64,000 bases of DNA from Alphaproteobacteria bacterium (GCA_964291265.2 OZ219747.1:4096001-4160000); one strand, 5' to 3'; shown: positions 51,072 through 60,699, counted from the first letter of the stretch. Program-made: numbers and translations. The notes: a model not told the origin generated them from the sequence alone.

Positions 51072-52015
51072 TGTCGGCGGCGATTTAGAACGGCGGGATA
51101 TTGGCGGAGAACCGCTCTTTTGGGCGCTGATCGTGTGAGTGGGTGACCACGACAGGAGAACGTGCGGCATTGGACGAAGGTCCGCCCGGTCTTTGTTTTC
51201 TGCCTATTGTTGGATCCCATTGGTCTTGCATTGACGTTGACGATGTCGTTCCGGTCGGCGTTTTCTGGCGTTCGGCGTTTGTGGAACGTGATGTGGGAGG
51301 GGAGCTTCAGGCTTTTGCGCGTGGTTTCGTTCTGGCGTTCTCCGGCCTCGTCGTGGTTCGTCGGGCGGGACGATCTCGAGGCTGGAGAGCTGACGGTTTC
51401 TGTTGCGCTGGGCGAAGAGGCTGCGTGCGTTGCGGTTGCGGCGGCGCAGGGTGCGGCAGGCGTCGAGTGTTTTCGGGCGGATGCTGCGACCTGTGAGCCA
51501 GTCCGGCGGCGGATCGGGCGTTGCTGCGGCTCAGCGGCTGCGGCAGTCTCGTGATGTGGTGTCGTTTGGACGGCCCGGGGGTTTCCCGGGGAGGCTGAGA
51601 GGCGCGTCGGGGTGAGACGTTCTCATTCCTGGATGGTAACGCGTGACCGCGTTCAAGGGTCTTGCGAGATTACGTGTCCCTTCCGTAGCCGCGTGGCGGT
51701 TCGATGTCCTCGAGAGCCTCGATGTCGGCATCGGCGACGCTCTGCAGGCGTTCTCCGTAAGGCGTGTCACGGAGGGTTTCGGGGATGCTGTCGAGGCGGT
51801 CACGCCATTCGTCCTGCAGGGTGCGGCAGGCGTCGAGTGTTTTCGGGCGGATGCTGCGACCTGTAAGCCAGTCCGGCCAGCGGCTGCGGCAGTCTCGTGA
51901 TGCGGTGTCGTTTGGACGGCCCGGGAGTTTCCCGGGGAGGCTGAGCGGCGCGTCGGGGTGAGACGTTCTCATTCCTGGATGGTAACGCGTGACCGCGTTC
52001 AAGGGTCTTGCGGGA

Positions 52016-52336
52016 TCACGTATCCCTTCCGTAGCCGCGTGGCGGTTCGATGTCCTCGAGGGCCTCGATGTCGGCATCGGCGACGCTCTGCAGGCGTTCT
52101 CCGTAAGGCGTGTCACGGAGGCTTTCGGGGATGCTGTCGAGGTGGTCACGCCATTCGTCCTGCAGGGCGCGCAGTTCGGCCACGGCGTCGTTCCAGCGTT
52201 GCGGTCGCGAGCGCCGGTCACGGTGCTTTGGGGTGTGGACGGGAGGGATGCCGGCCTTGCGCCGTTCCCGGTATCGCCGCTGCTTTTCGGCGGGCGTGAG
52301 GGGCATGAGTGGTCTCCTTGTGACGGACGTGGTCAT
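52016..52336 (-). CDS. Small hypothetical protein, copy 2
   Basis: As copy 1 with two amino-acid differences. Confidence 0.7.
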   Translation of the reverse strand: MTTSVTRRPLMPLTPAEKQRRYRERRKAGIPPVHTPKHRDRRSRPQRWNDAVAELRALQDEWRDHLDSIPESLRDTPYGERLQSVADADIEALEDIEPPRGYGRDT

Positions 52337-53226
52337 GATCTCGCTTGTGGTTCTTTGGTCCTGGCGTTGACGACGTCGTTCCAGTCGGCGTTTTCCGGCG
52401 GTCTGCGTCTGTGGAACGAGACGTGGGAGGGGAGCTTCATCTTTTTGCGCAGGGTTTCGGCCTGTCGCTCTCCGGCCTCGTCGTGGTCCTGGGCGAGGAC
52501 GATGGTCCTGACGTTGGGCAGGCTGCTTGCGGCGAGGCTGATCTGTTCGTGCTGTCTTCGCGAGGGTGCCCCGGCGGTGGAGAGGAAGGCGTGGCTGGGG
52601 GGACATTGGTCGATCTGGGCCAGGCTGAGGGCGTCGACGGCGCTTTCGGTGATGACGAGGGCCTCGAGGTCCGCGGCGGTTCCGGCGCGGACGGCGAACA
52701 GGCTTCGGGTTCCACCGGTGGCGAAGCGTTTCGGTCCGTCGGGGGGACCGATCTCGAAGCCGGTGAGCTTTCGCTTCCTGTTGCGATGGGCGAAGAGGAC
52801 GCGTCCGTTGTGGTCGCGGCGGACCAGGGGGCGGCAGGTGTCGAGGGTCTCCGGGAGGATGCCGCGCCCGGTGAGCCAGTCCGGGGCCGCATCGGGCGTT
52901 GCCGCGGCCCAGAGGCTGCGGAAGTCGCGTGGCGCGGTGTCGGGTGCTGTGAAGCGGGTGCAGATGTCGGCGAAGGCCAGTCCGCGGTTGAGCATGAAGT
53001 CGATGACGGTTCCGTTGTCTTCATCGTTCTGGGTGTTGAAGTAGACCCAGTGTCCGTTGTTGAGGCACTTCGTGACGAGCTTCGGCAGGCCGGGTGCGCA
53101 CAGGACGGGGTTGGCGCGTGTCGAGGCCTGTTCGTCGCGGACGTATCCCCAGTCGGCGGCGATGCGTTCGAACGGCATGCGCTTGACGGCGTCGAAGTCG
53201 ACGCGGCGGGGTTTATCGGGTTTCAC
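52333..53226 (-). CDS. DUF3991/Toprim-domain primase-like protein, copy 2
   Basis: GTG start overlaps the istB 3' end by 14 bp; Toprim motifs TESAVDALS and QDHD. Confidence 0.8.
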   Translation of the reverse strand: MKPDKPRRVDFDAVKRMPFERIAADWGYVRDEQASTRANPVLCAPGLPKLVTKCLNNGHWVYFNTQNDEDNGTVIDFMLNRGLAFADICTRFTAPDTAPRDFRSLWAAATPDAAPDWLTGRGILPETLDTCRPLVRRDHNGRVLFAHRNRKRKLTGFEIGPPDGPKRFATGGTRSLFAVRAGTAADLEALVITESAVDALSLAQIDQCPPSHAFLSTAGAPSRRQHEQISLAASSLPNVRTIVLAQDHDEAGERQAETLRKKMKLPSHVSFHRRRPPENADWNDVVNARTKEPQARS

Positions 53227-53914
53227 GCCTGAGCCGCCAGGAGTCGCTGTCGATGGAGATGAGGGTTGCGTCGTGCATGAGCCGGTCGACGGTGCCGGCG
53301 ATGCCGGAGGCGCTGGGGAAGACGCGGTCCCACTGGGCGAAGGCGAGGCTTGTCGTGACCATGGTCGAGCGGCGCTGATAGCGCCGCGAGACGATGGCGT
53401 AGAGGATGTCGGCATGGTGGCTTTCGAGGGTCACGTAGCCGATTTCGTCGAGGATGAGCAGGCGGGGCCTGGCGAGGATCGCGAGGCGGCGGCGCAGCTC
53501 GCTGCGCGAGACGGTCTCGGCGAGTGCCTCGAGCAGTTCCGGCGCCTTCTCGAAGCGGACGGTGTGGCCGTGCAGCAGGGCCTGGTGCGCCACGTTGGCG
53601 GCGATCATGGTCTTTCCGGTGCCCTGCCCGCCGACGAGCACGGCGTTGTCCGCACGGTCGACGAAGCCGAGGCCGAGGAGCGCTTCGACATGAGCCCGGC
53701 TGATGTCGCGCGGCCATGTCCAGTCGAAGTCCGCCAGGGGCTTGAAGGCGGGCAGCCGCGCCGCGGCGCGGCGGCGCTCGTGGCTGCGGGCCCTGCGGGC
53801 CTGTTCCTCGCCGCTGACCACCTCCTCGATCCATGCGGTCCCGGCGACCTCGTCCCAGCGTTCGACGAGCCCGTGGAGGCCGAGCGCCCGGGCACGCTCC
53901 CTGAGCTCGCTCAT
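53213..53914 (-). CDS. istB: IS21 helper AAA+ ATPase IstB
   Basis: DFDW, GGQGTGKT, LILDEIGY, TTS..F..W, VDRLMH; start overlaps the istA stop. Confidence 0.92.
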   Translation of the reverse strand: MSELRERARALGLHGLVERWDEVAGTAWIEEVVSGEEQARRARSHERRRAAARLPAFKPLADFDWTWPRDISRAHVEALLGLGFVDRADNAVLVGGQGTGKTMIAANVAHQALLHGHTVRFEKAPELLEALAETVSRSELRRRLAILARPRLLILDEIGYVTLESHHADILYAIVSRRYQRRSTMVTTSLAFAQWDRVFPSASGIAGTVDRLMHDATLISIDSDSWRLRRETR

Positions 53915-55404
53915 GTCTTGTTCCTGGCGCTGGCTTCGGGCCTGTCGTAGGCGTCGAGAGCGGTCCCCCGCGGCGTCGTGCCACGGCCGCCGCGGCCGTC
54001 GTCGGCGATGCTGAGGGGCGGCAGGCCCTGCTCCCGGCGGCGCTCCTCGATGATGACGCGCACGGTTTCGGGGTGGCACGAGCCGCGCTCCAGCGCCGTG
54101 GCGACAGCCCGGTCGAGAGCGTCGGCGCCGTGCGCGTTGAGAAGCGTCTCCAGCATCCGGGCGCAGGAGGCCACGTTGCGCCCGTTGGTCCCGGCGCGCG
54201 CCAGCATCTCCTCGGCCCGCGGCACGGTGCGCAGGACCCGGTCGCGGACGCTCATGGAGCGGGCCCGCCGCTTGCCCGCGGCGATCGCCCTGGCATGCTC
54301 CGGATCGGTGACGGCCTGCTTCCTGTTGTAGGAGCGTCGGTGGCGCGCGACCTCGTCGGCGCCGTCGAGGATGCGAACCTCGTCGCGGTCGGCGACCAGC
54401 GTCAGCAGGGCCTTGGAGAAGCTACCCGGAACGCTGTAGTCGTTGGTGTCGAAGCGGGCGTGGCAGGTCTTGTCGATGCGCACCGGGCGGACCTCGTGAT
54501 GCGGGAAGGGATCGGCGGGAAGGACGATCAGGTGCTCCCTCTCCCGGGCGAAGGCGTCCCGCACCAGGAGACTGTCGTCGTCCGGCCAGGGCCGCTCCGC
54601 GGCGGCGCCGAAGCACCACTCCCGAACTGCGGCGTTGAGCTCGCCGAGCGGGACCGTGATGTCGCGCCCGGCGAAGAACCCGGTGCGCGCGAAGCGCACA
54701 CGGCGTTCCACGCGGCCCTTCTCCTGCGGGCTCCTGGGCCAGGCGGCGCTCGGTTCGAAGGCATAGTGGGCCGCGAGGCCGAGCAGCATCGGATGATAGG
54801 TGACCGCCTTGCCGCGGCGCGTCACCACGGCACTCTTCAGGTTGTCGTACAGAAGCCTCCGCGGCACACCCCCGAATGCCGCGAAAGCCTCGACATGGCC
54901 TTGCAGGAAGCTGGCCATCCGCGCGTCGTGGAACAGGCTCAGGACAGTCTGGCGCGAGTAGCTGAGGGTGACGAGAAGCCCCATGAGCCTGCGCTCCGCC
55001 CGGCCGATGCGGACCTTCCCGAACTCGGCCCAGTCAACCTGCGCCTGCTCGCCCGGAAGGAAGCTCAGCCGCAGCGACGGCTCGGGCCTCTTCACCGGCC
55101 TCAGCCCAAGGCGGCGCAGGTCGTGACGGAAGTGATCCTCGCCGCCGCGGTAGCCCAGAGCCACGACCTGTCGCCAGAGCGTGCTGGCCGGAAGGTCCGG
55201 CGACGCCTCAAGACGCTCCCCGAGGAAGGCAACGAAGGGGTCGATGAGCTTGGCCCGCGGCCGCCGCTCCTGCCCCGACGCCTTGAGCGCCCGCGTCACC
55301 GTGCCGTGGTGCACGCCGAGATGCCGGGCAATCGTCCCCACAGCCCAGCCCTCGGCCCGCGACAGCCGCACGATCGTCGCCCGCGTGTCCTCGTCGATCG
55401 CCAT
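53911..55404 (-). CDS. istA: IS21 transposase IstA
   Basis: N-terminal HTH, PGEQAQVDW, LSYSR, FGGVP..LYDNLKSAV, EKGRVER, FDTNDYSVP. Confidence 0.93.
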   Translation of the reverse strand: MAIDEDTRATIVRLSRAEGWAVGTIARHLGVHHGTVTRALKASGQERRPRAKLIDPFVAFLGERLEASPDLPASTLWRQVVALGYRGGEDHFRHDLRRLGLRPVKRPEPSLRLSFLPGEQAQVDWAEFGKVRIGRAERRLMGLLVTLSYSRQTVLSLFHDARMASFLQGHVEAFAAFGGVPRRLLYDNLKSAVVTRRGKAVTYHPMLLGLAAHYAFEPSAAWPRSPQEKGRVERRVRFARTGFFAGRDITVPLGELNAAVREWCFGAAAERPWPDDDSLLVRDAFAREREHLIVLPADPFPHHEVRPVRIDKTCHARFDTNDYSVPGSFSKALLTLVADRDEVRILDGADEVARHRRSYNRKQAVTDPEHARAIAAGKRRARSMSVRDRVLRTVPRAEEMLARAGTNGRNVASCARMLETLLNAHGADALDRAVATALERGSCHPETVRVIIEERRREQGLPPLSIADDGRGGRGTTPRGTALDAYDRPEASARNKT

Positions 55405-55436
55405 GAACTCCCTCCCTTTGGTTCCTCAACGCCGCA

Positions 55437-55913
55437 TCACGGGTCCCTCAGCACCACATGCGTCACGACCCGTCCGCATCTGGCGCACCGAAGCGGCGAT
55501 TCGCGCCGCTCTTGCGCCTTCACAACCGCAGGTAGGGAGGTCGGCAGCAGTCGGGAAGGGTGGTCCGTAACGATTTCTTCAGAACCGGCGTCTCCAGACA
55601 CCGCCGGAACGTCGCCAAGCAGCACCACAGCAGACGTCTGCGTGCCCATGATCTCGGCAACCATCGCCGCCCTGGCCTTCAACGCACGCGCCTCCTCCGC
55701 CTTGCGGAGCCGGTAACGCCGCTGGCGGTGACGGCCCGTCTCACGGCCCTTCAGCGTGCTCTGGTAGCGACGACGCGACGCGCGGCGCCGCTCGATCCGG
55801 GACCGCTCCCTGCACTCCTTGGAGCAATACACATGCCCCCGGTCACACGACCGGCAGAGAACAACCTGCCGCTGACACCGCCTGCAGTTGAACAGTCGTC
55901 CTGTCGTGCACAC
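55437..55913 (-). CDS. Cys-rich (Zn-finger-like) basic hypothetical protein upstream of istA
   Basis: CRRC..VVLCRSCDRGHVYCSKEC, Arg-rich helix, C-terminal CARCG; start uncertain (55913 or 55967). Confidence 0.7.
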   Translation of the reverse strand: MCTTGRLFNCRRCQRQVVLCRSCDRGHVYCSKECRERSRIERRRASRRRYQSTLKGRETGRHRQRRYRLRKAEEARALKARAAMVAEIMGTQTSAVVLLGDVPAVSGDAGSEEIVTDHPSRLLPTSLPAVVKAQERRESPLRCARCGRVVTHVVLRDP

Positions 55914-56231
55914 CGTCCGTCTCGAGAGCGGGGGTGGACCCGGACGCAAAATGGCTCGACAATACACGGGAGTTCGGTCCCCCGTGACCGGCTCGTCCGG
56001 GTGCTGCGCCGGGGGGCGTCACAACTCCGCCCGGCATCGCATCGCTCTTTCTCTTGATGCCGATCTAGCATCCACCCGGGGCGGCGGCAAAGACGCCGCC
56101 CCGGGACCGGACAACGCGACCCGCCCACAGGGAAGACAAACAATCCCGCGAGTGCCTCGGAACCGGAACCCTCCCGGCAACCGTCACCAAGACCGAAGCA
56201 GAGGTCGACGGAACCCGAACCGGACCAAAAC

Positions 56232-56323
56232 GACAATAGGAAAAGACGGCGGCGCTCGGGGAGACAACCAGCCGAACACTCAAACCACGACAACAGGACG
56301 TGACAATAGGACCTGACAACAGG
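56232..56323 (+). repeat. Subterminal GACAAYAGG repeats of the IS21 element
   Basis: Copies at 56232, 56289, 56302 and 56315 (13-bp period for the last three); related inverted CCTATTGTT at 48766 near the other end. Confidence 0.65.
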
Positions 56324-56512
56324 GAAGAAACACGACCCTGACAAAGCGCGGCAAATCGCCGAAATCCCGCCGTTCTATGCAGCCATCAACAACGACACCG
56401 CCCGGCGCCCGTGCACCCAGGTCTTCATGCGCCCCTCACCTTCACGCAGGCGGACGACACCCTGGCGGGGGCGGCGGTGGAGACTTCGGGCGGCGGGCCG
56501 TGGCGGCCCTTC

Positions 56513-57589
56513 TCAGTCGCCGAGGCGCTGGCCGCTCTCCCGGTCGAACAGGTGAAGCGAATCGAGGTGCGGCATCAGGCGGATCGATTCGCCGGGCTCG
56601 AAGTCGTGCCGTTCCTTGAACTCGGCGCAGACCTCGTGCCCGGCCACCTCGCAAAACACGAGCGTGGTCGAACCGGTGGGCTCGACTACCGAGACCGTGG
56701 CTTCGACGCCTGCGCCACTGGGTGAGAGCGCCAGGTTCTCGGGGCGAATGCCATAGACGATCAGCTGCCCCTCGCCCACGCCAGCGCCCGGCGGCAGCGG
56801 TAGCGCGGTGCCGTCGTCTGCGGTCGCTGCCGGCGCGTCGCCTGCCGCGCCGCCCGAGGCCTCGATGAAGTTCATCGCCGGCGAGCCGATGAAGCCGGCG
56901 ACGAAGAGATTGGCCGGGCGGTCGTAGAGATCAAGTGGGCGGCCCACCTGCTCCACCCGGCCGAGGTTCATCACCACGATGCGCTCGGCCATGGTCATGG
57001 CCTCCACCTGGTCATGGGTCACGTAGATCGAGGTGGTGCGCAGCCGCTGGTGCAGCGCCTTGATCTCCGTCCGCATCTGCACACGAAGCTTGGCGTCGAG
57101 GTTCGACAGTGGTTCGTCGAAGAGAAACACCTGCGGGTCGCGCACGATGGCGCGGCCCATGGCCACGCGCTGGCGCTCACCGCCCGAGAGCTGGCGCGGC
57201 AGGCGATTGAGCAGATTCGTCAGCCCCAGAATCTGGGCCGCGTTGTCCACCCGTTCGCGGATCATGGTCTTGTCCGCACGGCGAAGGCGCAGGCTGAAGC
57301 CCATGTTCTGGCGCACGGTCATATGCGGGTAGAGGGCGTAGTTCTGAAACACCATGGCGACGTCACGGGCCTTGGGCGCCATGTCGTTCACCACCGTATC
57401 GCCGATCGCGATCTCGCCTTTGTTGACTTCCTCAAGGCCAGCGATCATACGGAGCAATGTCGACTTGCCGCAGCCGGACGGACCGACCAGGACGAGGAAC
57501 TCGCCGTCGTCAATGTCGATCGTCACGCCGTGGATCACGGCCGTGTCATCGAAGGACTTGTGGATCTCGCGGACCGATACCGATGCCAT
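56513..57589 (-). CDS. Sugar ABC transporter ATP-binding protein (UgpC/MalK-like)
   Basis: GPSGCGKS, VFQNYALYPH, LSGGERQR, DEPLSNLDAKLR. Confidence 0.93.
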   Translation of the reverse strand: MASVSVREIHKSFDDTAVIHGVTIDIDDGEFLVLVGPSGCGKSTLLRMIAGLEEVNKGEIAIGDTVVNDMAPKARDVAMVFQNYALYPHMTVRQNMGFSLRLRRADKTMIRERVDNAAQILGLTNLLNRLPRQLSGGERQRVAMGRAIVRDPQVFLFDEPLSNLDAKLRVQMRTEIKALHQRLRTTSIYVTHDQVEAMTMAERIVVMNLGRVEQVGRPLDLYDRPANLFVAGFIGSPAMNFIEASGGAAGDAPAATADDGTALPLPPGAGVGEGQLIVYGIRPENLALSPSGAGVEATVSVVEPTGSTTLVFCEVAGHEVCAEFKERHDFEPGESIRLMPHLDSLHLFDRESGQRLGD

Positions 57590-57661
57590 GACTGCCTCCC
57601 AAATTCCAAGCCTCAGACTCCTTGAATGAAGCCAACAATGCACAGATGAGCCAAGTTTTCA

Positions 57662-58600
57662 TCAGGCGGCAAGGGTCTGTCCCTCCCGGAGTTTGCTGAC
57701 CTCGTGGTCGAGCGAGTGGAGGATGCGTCCGAGCCTGGATGGCACCTTGTCATCGAAGGCCGCCGCCAGGGCAGGGCTGAGTGTCCGCCGATGGATGCGG
57801 CAACAGGCAGGAGCGGTCCCCTGCCCGGCGCACGTCAGACGACAGCGATGGGATGACGGTATCCTCTCGATGAGGCCCCGCAGGCGCAGGCGCCGCAGAT
57901 CATGGGTGGCCTGACGTGAGCCATAGGTGTCGGTCGACAGGAGGTCGGCAACGGCCTTGTCTCATCTGGCGATTGTTGAAGCCCATGGGGAGGAAGACAT
58001 GCAACAGGATGGCTGCGAGCACCGCCTGGATGCGTGGATCACCGAAGCGCAGGGCGGATACCCGACGTTCGTCGACGACGACAGGTTGATGCAGGGCATC
58101 GAAGGTGGCTGCTCCGATCGGACAGTCGTGACTGATGCGTTGGACGTCGAGAAGACGTCGGGTGGCGTGGAAGCCGACCTCCTTGAGGTCATCGAGGTTG
58201 ATCAGTCTGCGCTTGATGCCGAAGTCATACGTGTTGTTGATCACCTTCTGCGTTCGCAGGGCACGGCCTTCCTTGAAGGACTGCTTGATACGCGAATGCC
58301 TGTCATCCACATGCAGCGACGGCTGTACGCCGTCGGTGATGACGCGGATTCTGAACCGCGAGGTGGCCCGCCGTGTGATACGGCGGTTGAAGATCAACTG
58401 CACAGGGTCGGGACGGCCGATGTCGAGGTTCTGGCGCATGATCTCCTCGAACAGGATCCGGCCGTGAAGAGGACGGTCAAACACCTGTGTGAGCGCACAC
58501 TCCGCCTGGAGGATCGACAGGTCGTCGCGCATGCCCCTCATCGCGTCCTCATCGGTGAAGGGATTCTCAAGGACCTCGCCAGCGGACGTGCCATCGTCAT
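57662..58600 (-). pseudogene. Internally deleted, frameshifted gene of a putative transposase/replication-initiator-like family with C-terminal winged HTH
   Basis: LSILQAE..LTQVFDRP..GR..FEE..R.NLDIGRP, IKQSFKEGRALRT..INNTYDFGI, LRFGDPR; after a frameshift THDLRRLRLRGLIERIP. Confidence 0.7.
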
Positions 58601-58751
58601 CTTCCGGACTCCGAACGACGGGTTCCCACATGGTGACCACAAACCATCCCAGCCCTCGGGCTGTATCGGGCGGATCACACTGCAGAGCGGAACAGCGGGC
58701 TCAAGTCCTCTTCCTCCCGCGACGTCTCTCGTCGGTCCGAGGCATGGCCCA

Positions 58752-59660
58752 TCAGCCCTTGACCGCACCGAGTGTAAGCCCACGCACGATGTAGCGCTGC
58801 GCGAACAGCGCAATCAGAACGGGCGGGATCATAGCGATGAGCGAGCGCACCGCCACGAACCAGAACTGCACGCCGCGCGAATCCACGCCGCCCGCGATAT
58901 GGACCGGCATGGTCGCCGATTCCTTGATGGTCAGGATCACCGCGAACAGATACTCGTTCCAGGCGAACGCGAACATGATCAGCGCGGACGCCGCGATCGC
59001 CGGCAGCGCAAGCGGGATTGCCACGCGGAAGAACGCAACGAAATGCGAGCCGCCGTCCACCAGCGCCGCCTCCTCCAGCTCGATCGGCAGGTCCTGGAAG
59101 GTCTGGCGCACGATCACCACCACGAAGGGCAGGATGAAGGTGGCGTTGACCAGGATCAGCGCGGCATGGGTGTCCAGCATGTCGAGAGAGGAGAAGACGA
59201 TGAAAAAGGGTACCGCGGTCGCCACGGGCGGCAGCACCCGCTGCGACAGGAACCAGATCGTGAGGTCCTTGTTCTTGATCCGCTTGAAGCGGAAGCGCGC
59301 CAGCGCATAGGCCGCCGGCAGGCCGAGGACGAGCGCAATAAGCACCGAGCAGACGGAGATGATCAGGCTGTTGCCGAAGGCGTTGGAGGCCTCCGGCGTC
59401 GAAATCTGCGATATCCAGTTCTCGAGTGTCGGCGTGAAGTCGAGGAAGGGGACGCCGAGGCCGGCCACGGTGAAGGTCTCGGCCGGGGTCCGCAGGCTGT
59501 TGGAGACCGCCCAGTATATGGGGAAGAAGAAGATCAGCGCGACGACGATTGCAATGATCGAGAAGCCGGCATCGGCGAACCAGAACCGCTTCCGCCTGGC
59601 CCGCGCCTGAGAGGGCCCGGTGAGCCGCCCGAACAGCGACTTGCCCAGGCCGCTAAGCAT
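58752..59660 (-). CDS. Sugar ABC transporter permease
   Basis: LP.ELEEAALVDG, WNEYLFA, GLTLGAVKG. Confidence 0.9.
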   Translation of the reverse strand: MLSGLGKSLFGRLTGPSQARARRKRFWFADAGFSIIAIVVALIFFFPIYWAVSNSLRTPAETFTVAGLGVPFLDFTPTLENWISQISTPEASNAFGNSLIISVCSVLIALVLGLPAAYALARFRFKRIKNKDLTIWFLSQRVLPPVATAVPFFIVFSSLDMLDTHAALILVNATFILPFVVVIVRQTFQDLPIELEEAALVDGGSHFVAFFRVAIPLALPAIAASALIMFAFAWNEYLFAVILTIKESATMPVHIAGGVDSRGVQFWFVAVRSLIAMIPPVLIALFAQRYIVRGLTLGAVKG

Positions 59661-60606
59661 AGGTCTGCCTCAGGCGGCGGAAGAAGAGCGTGACGATGAT
59701 CATCACGACGATCAGCAGCAGGTAGGCCATGGCCGACGCGTAGCCGAAATCGTTGAGCTTGAAGCTGCGCGTGAACGCCAGGTAGCTGTACGACTGGGTA
59801 GCGATGCCGGGCCCGCCCTTGGTCAGCGTCGCGATGATGTCGAAGAGCTTGACCGCCTCCGCCAGTCGCAGCAGCAGCACGATGATGATGACCGGCTGCA
59901 GCATCGGGATCACGACGATGCGCCACAGATCCCATGCCGAGCTGCTGTCCAATCGCGCACACTCCACAAGATCGTCGGGAATGCTCTGGAGCCCGGCGAG
60001 GAACACAAGAAAGCAGAACGGCGTCCATTGCCATATGTCGACAAGTATGACCGAGACGAGGGCCCAATCCGGGTGCGACAGCCATGGAATGCCCATGAAT
60101 TCGAGCGGACCGCCGATCTCGTAGAACACTGTAAAGAACAGGTACCCGACCGCGATCGGAGTCGCGAAAATCGGCAATATCATGATTGTTCGCAAGACCG
60201 CTCGCCCGAATACATACCGGTGGAAGAGGAAGGCGAGCAGGAACCCCAGGACAATCTCAAGCGTCACCGCCGTGAACACGAAGATCGCGGTAACCTTGAC
60301 CGCGGAGCCCACCTCCTCGTCGCCGAAGGCGCGGATGAAACTGGCGAAGCCGTTCCAGCTGAAGGTGGTCTGAAGCTCCCGGTGCACCAGGGTCTTGGTG
60401 CGCACCTCGCCGTTCGTCTTGAGCACGGGTTCACCGGTCTCGTCGAGCACCGGAACCTTCTCGCGCCCGGTGACCACCACCTGGCGGTCGACGTCGTGGA
60501 AGCTGATGTAGAGCGAGTAGCCGAGCGGGAAGACCGTGAACACCAGCACCCAGAACACCGCCGGCAGCAAAAAGACGAACTTGACCGGCTTGGTCCAGCG
60601 GATCAT
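59653..60606 (-). CDS. Sugar ABC transporter permease
   Basis: DIWQWTPF, ECARLD, GGPGIAT. Confidence 0.9.
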   Translation of the reverse strand: MIRWTKPVKFVFLLPAVFWVLVFTVFPLGYSLYISFHDVDRQVVVTGREKVPVLDETGEPVLKTNGEVRTKTLVHRELQTTFSWNGFASFIRAFGDEEVGSAVKVTAIFVFTAVTLEIVLGFLLAFLFHRYVFGRAVLRTIMILPIFATPIAVGYLFFTVFYEIGGPLEFMGIPWLSHPDWALVSVILVDIWQWTPFCFLVFLAGLQSIPDDLVECARLDSSSAWDLWRIVVIPMLQPVIIIVLLLRLAEAVKLFDIIATLTKGGPGIATQSYSYLAFTRSFKLNDFGYASAMAYLLLIVVMIIVTLFFRRLRQTYA

Positions 60607-60643
60607 GGTCGGCTAGGGCTCACTGAACAAGGTGGGGTGCAGT

Positions 60644-60688
60644 GGGACGCAGGGCAGGCGCGACTTGGATGCGACCGCCCTGCGCCCC
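60644..60688 (-). other. Intercistronic stem-loop after the substrate-binding-protein gene
   Basis: CGCAGGGC...GCCCTGCG inverted repeat. Confidence 0.45.
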
Positions 60689-60699
60689 GGTCGATGACC

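Larger units (their letters stand above)
48635..53487. repeat. Tandem duplication: 48635-51071 is nearly identical to 51072-53487
   Basis: Second transposon end TGTCGGCGGCGATTTAGAACGG begins at 51072 in the middle of istB sequence; the copies differ by a few SNPs and indels. Confidence 0.93.
48635..56391 (-). mobile_element. IS21-family transposon with cargo genes and an internal 2.4-kb duplication
   Basis: TG..CA ends with imperfect TIR sharing TAGAACGGCGGGAT at the same offset; 5-bp TSD ACGAC at 48630-48634 and 56392-56396; istA-istB inside. Confidence 0.92.

Noticed and set aside
49007-52161. CRISPR array or diversity-generating retroelement TR/VR pair in the IS21 repeats
   Set aside because: Units are ~370 bp with no unique spacers; the differences I checked against the Toprim gene are not adenine-specific; no cas or RT gene present
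56392-56470. Short direct repeat CTCAYCTTCACGCAGRCGGACGACACC spanning the IS21 target
   Set aside because: Only two copies in a degraded region; useful to confirm the empty-site reconstruction but no function is supportable
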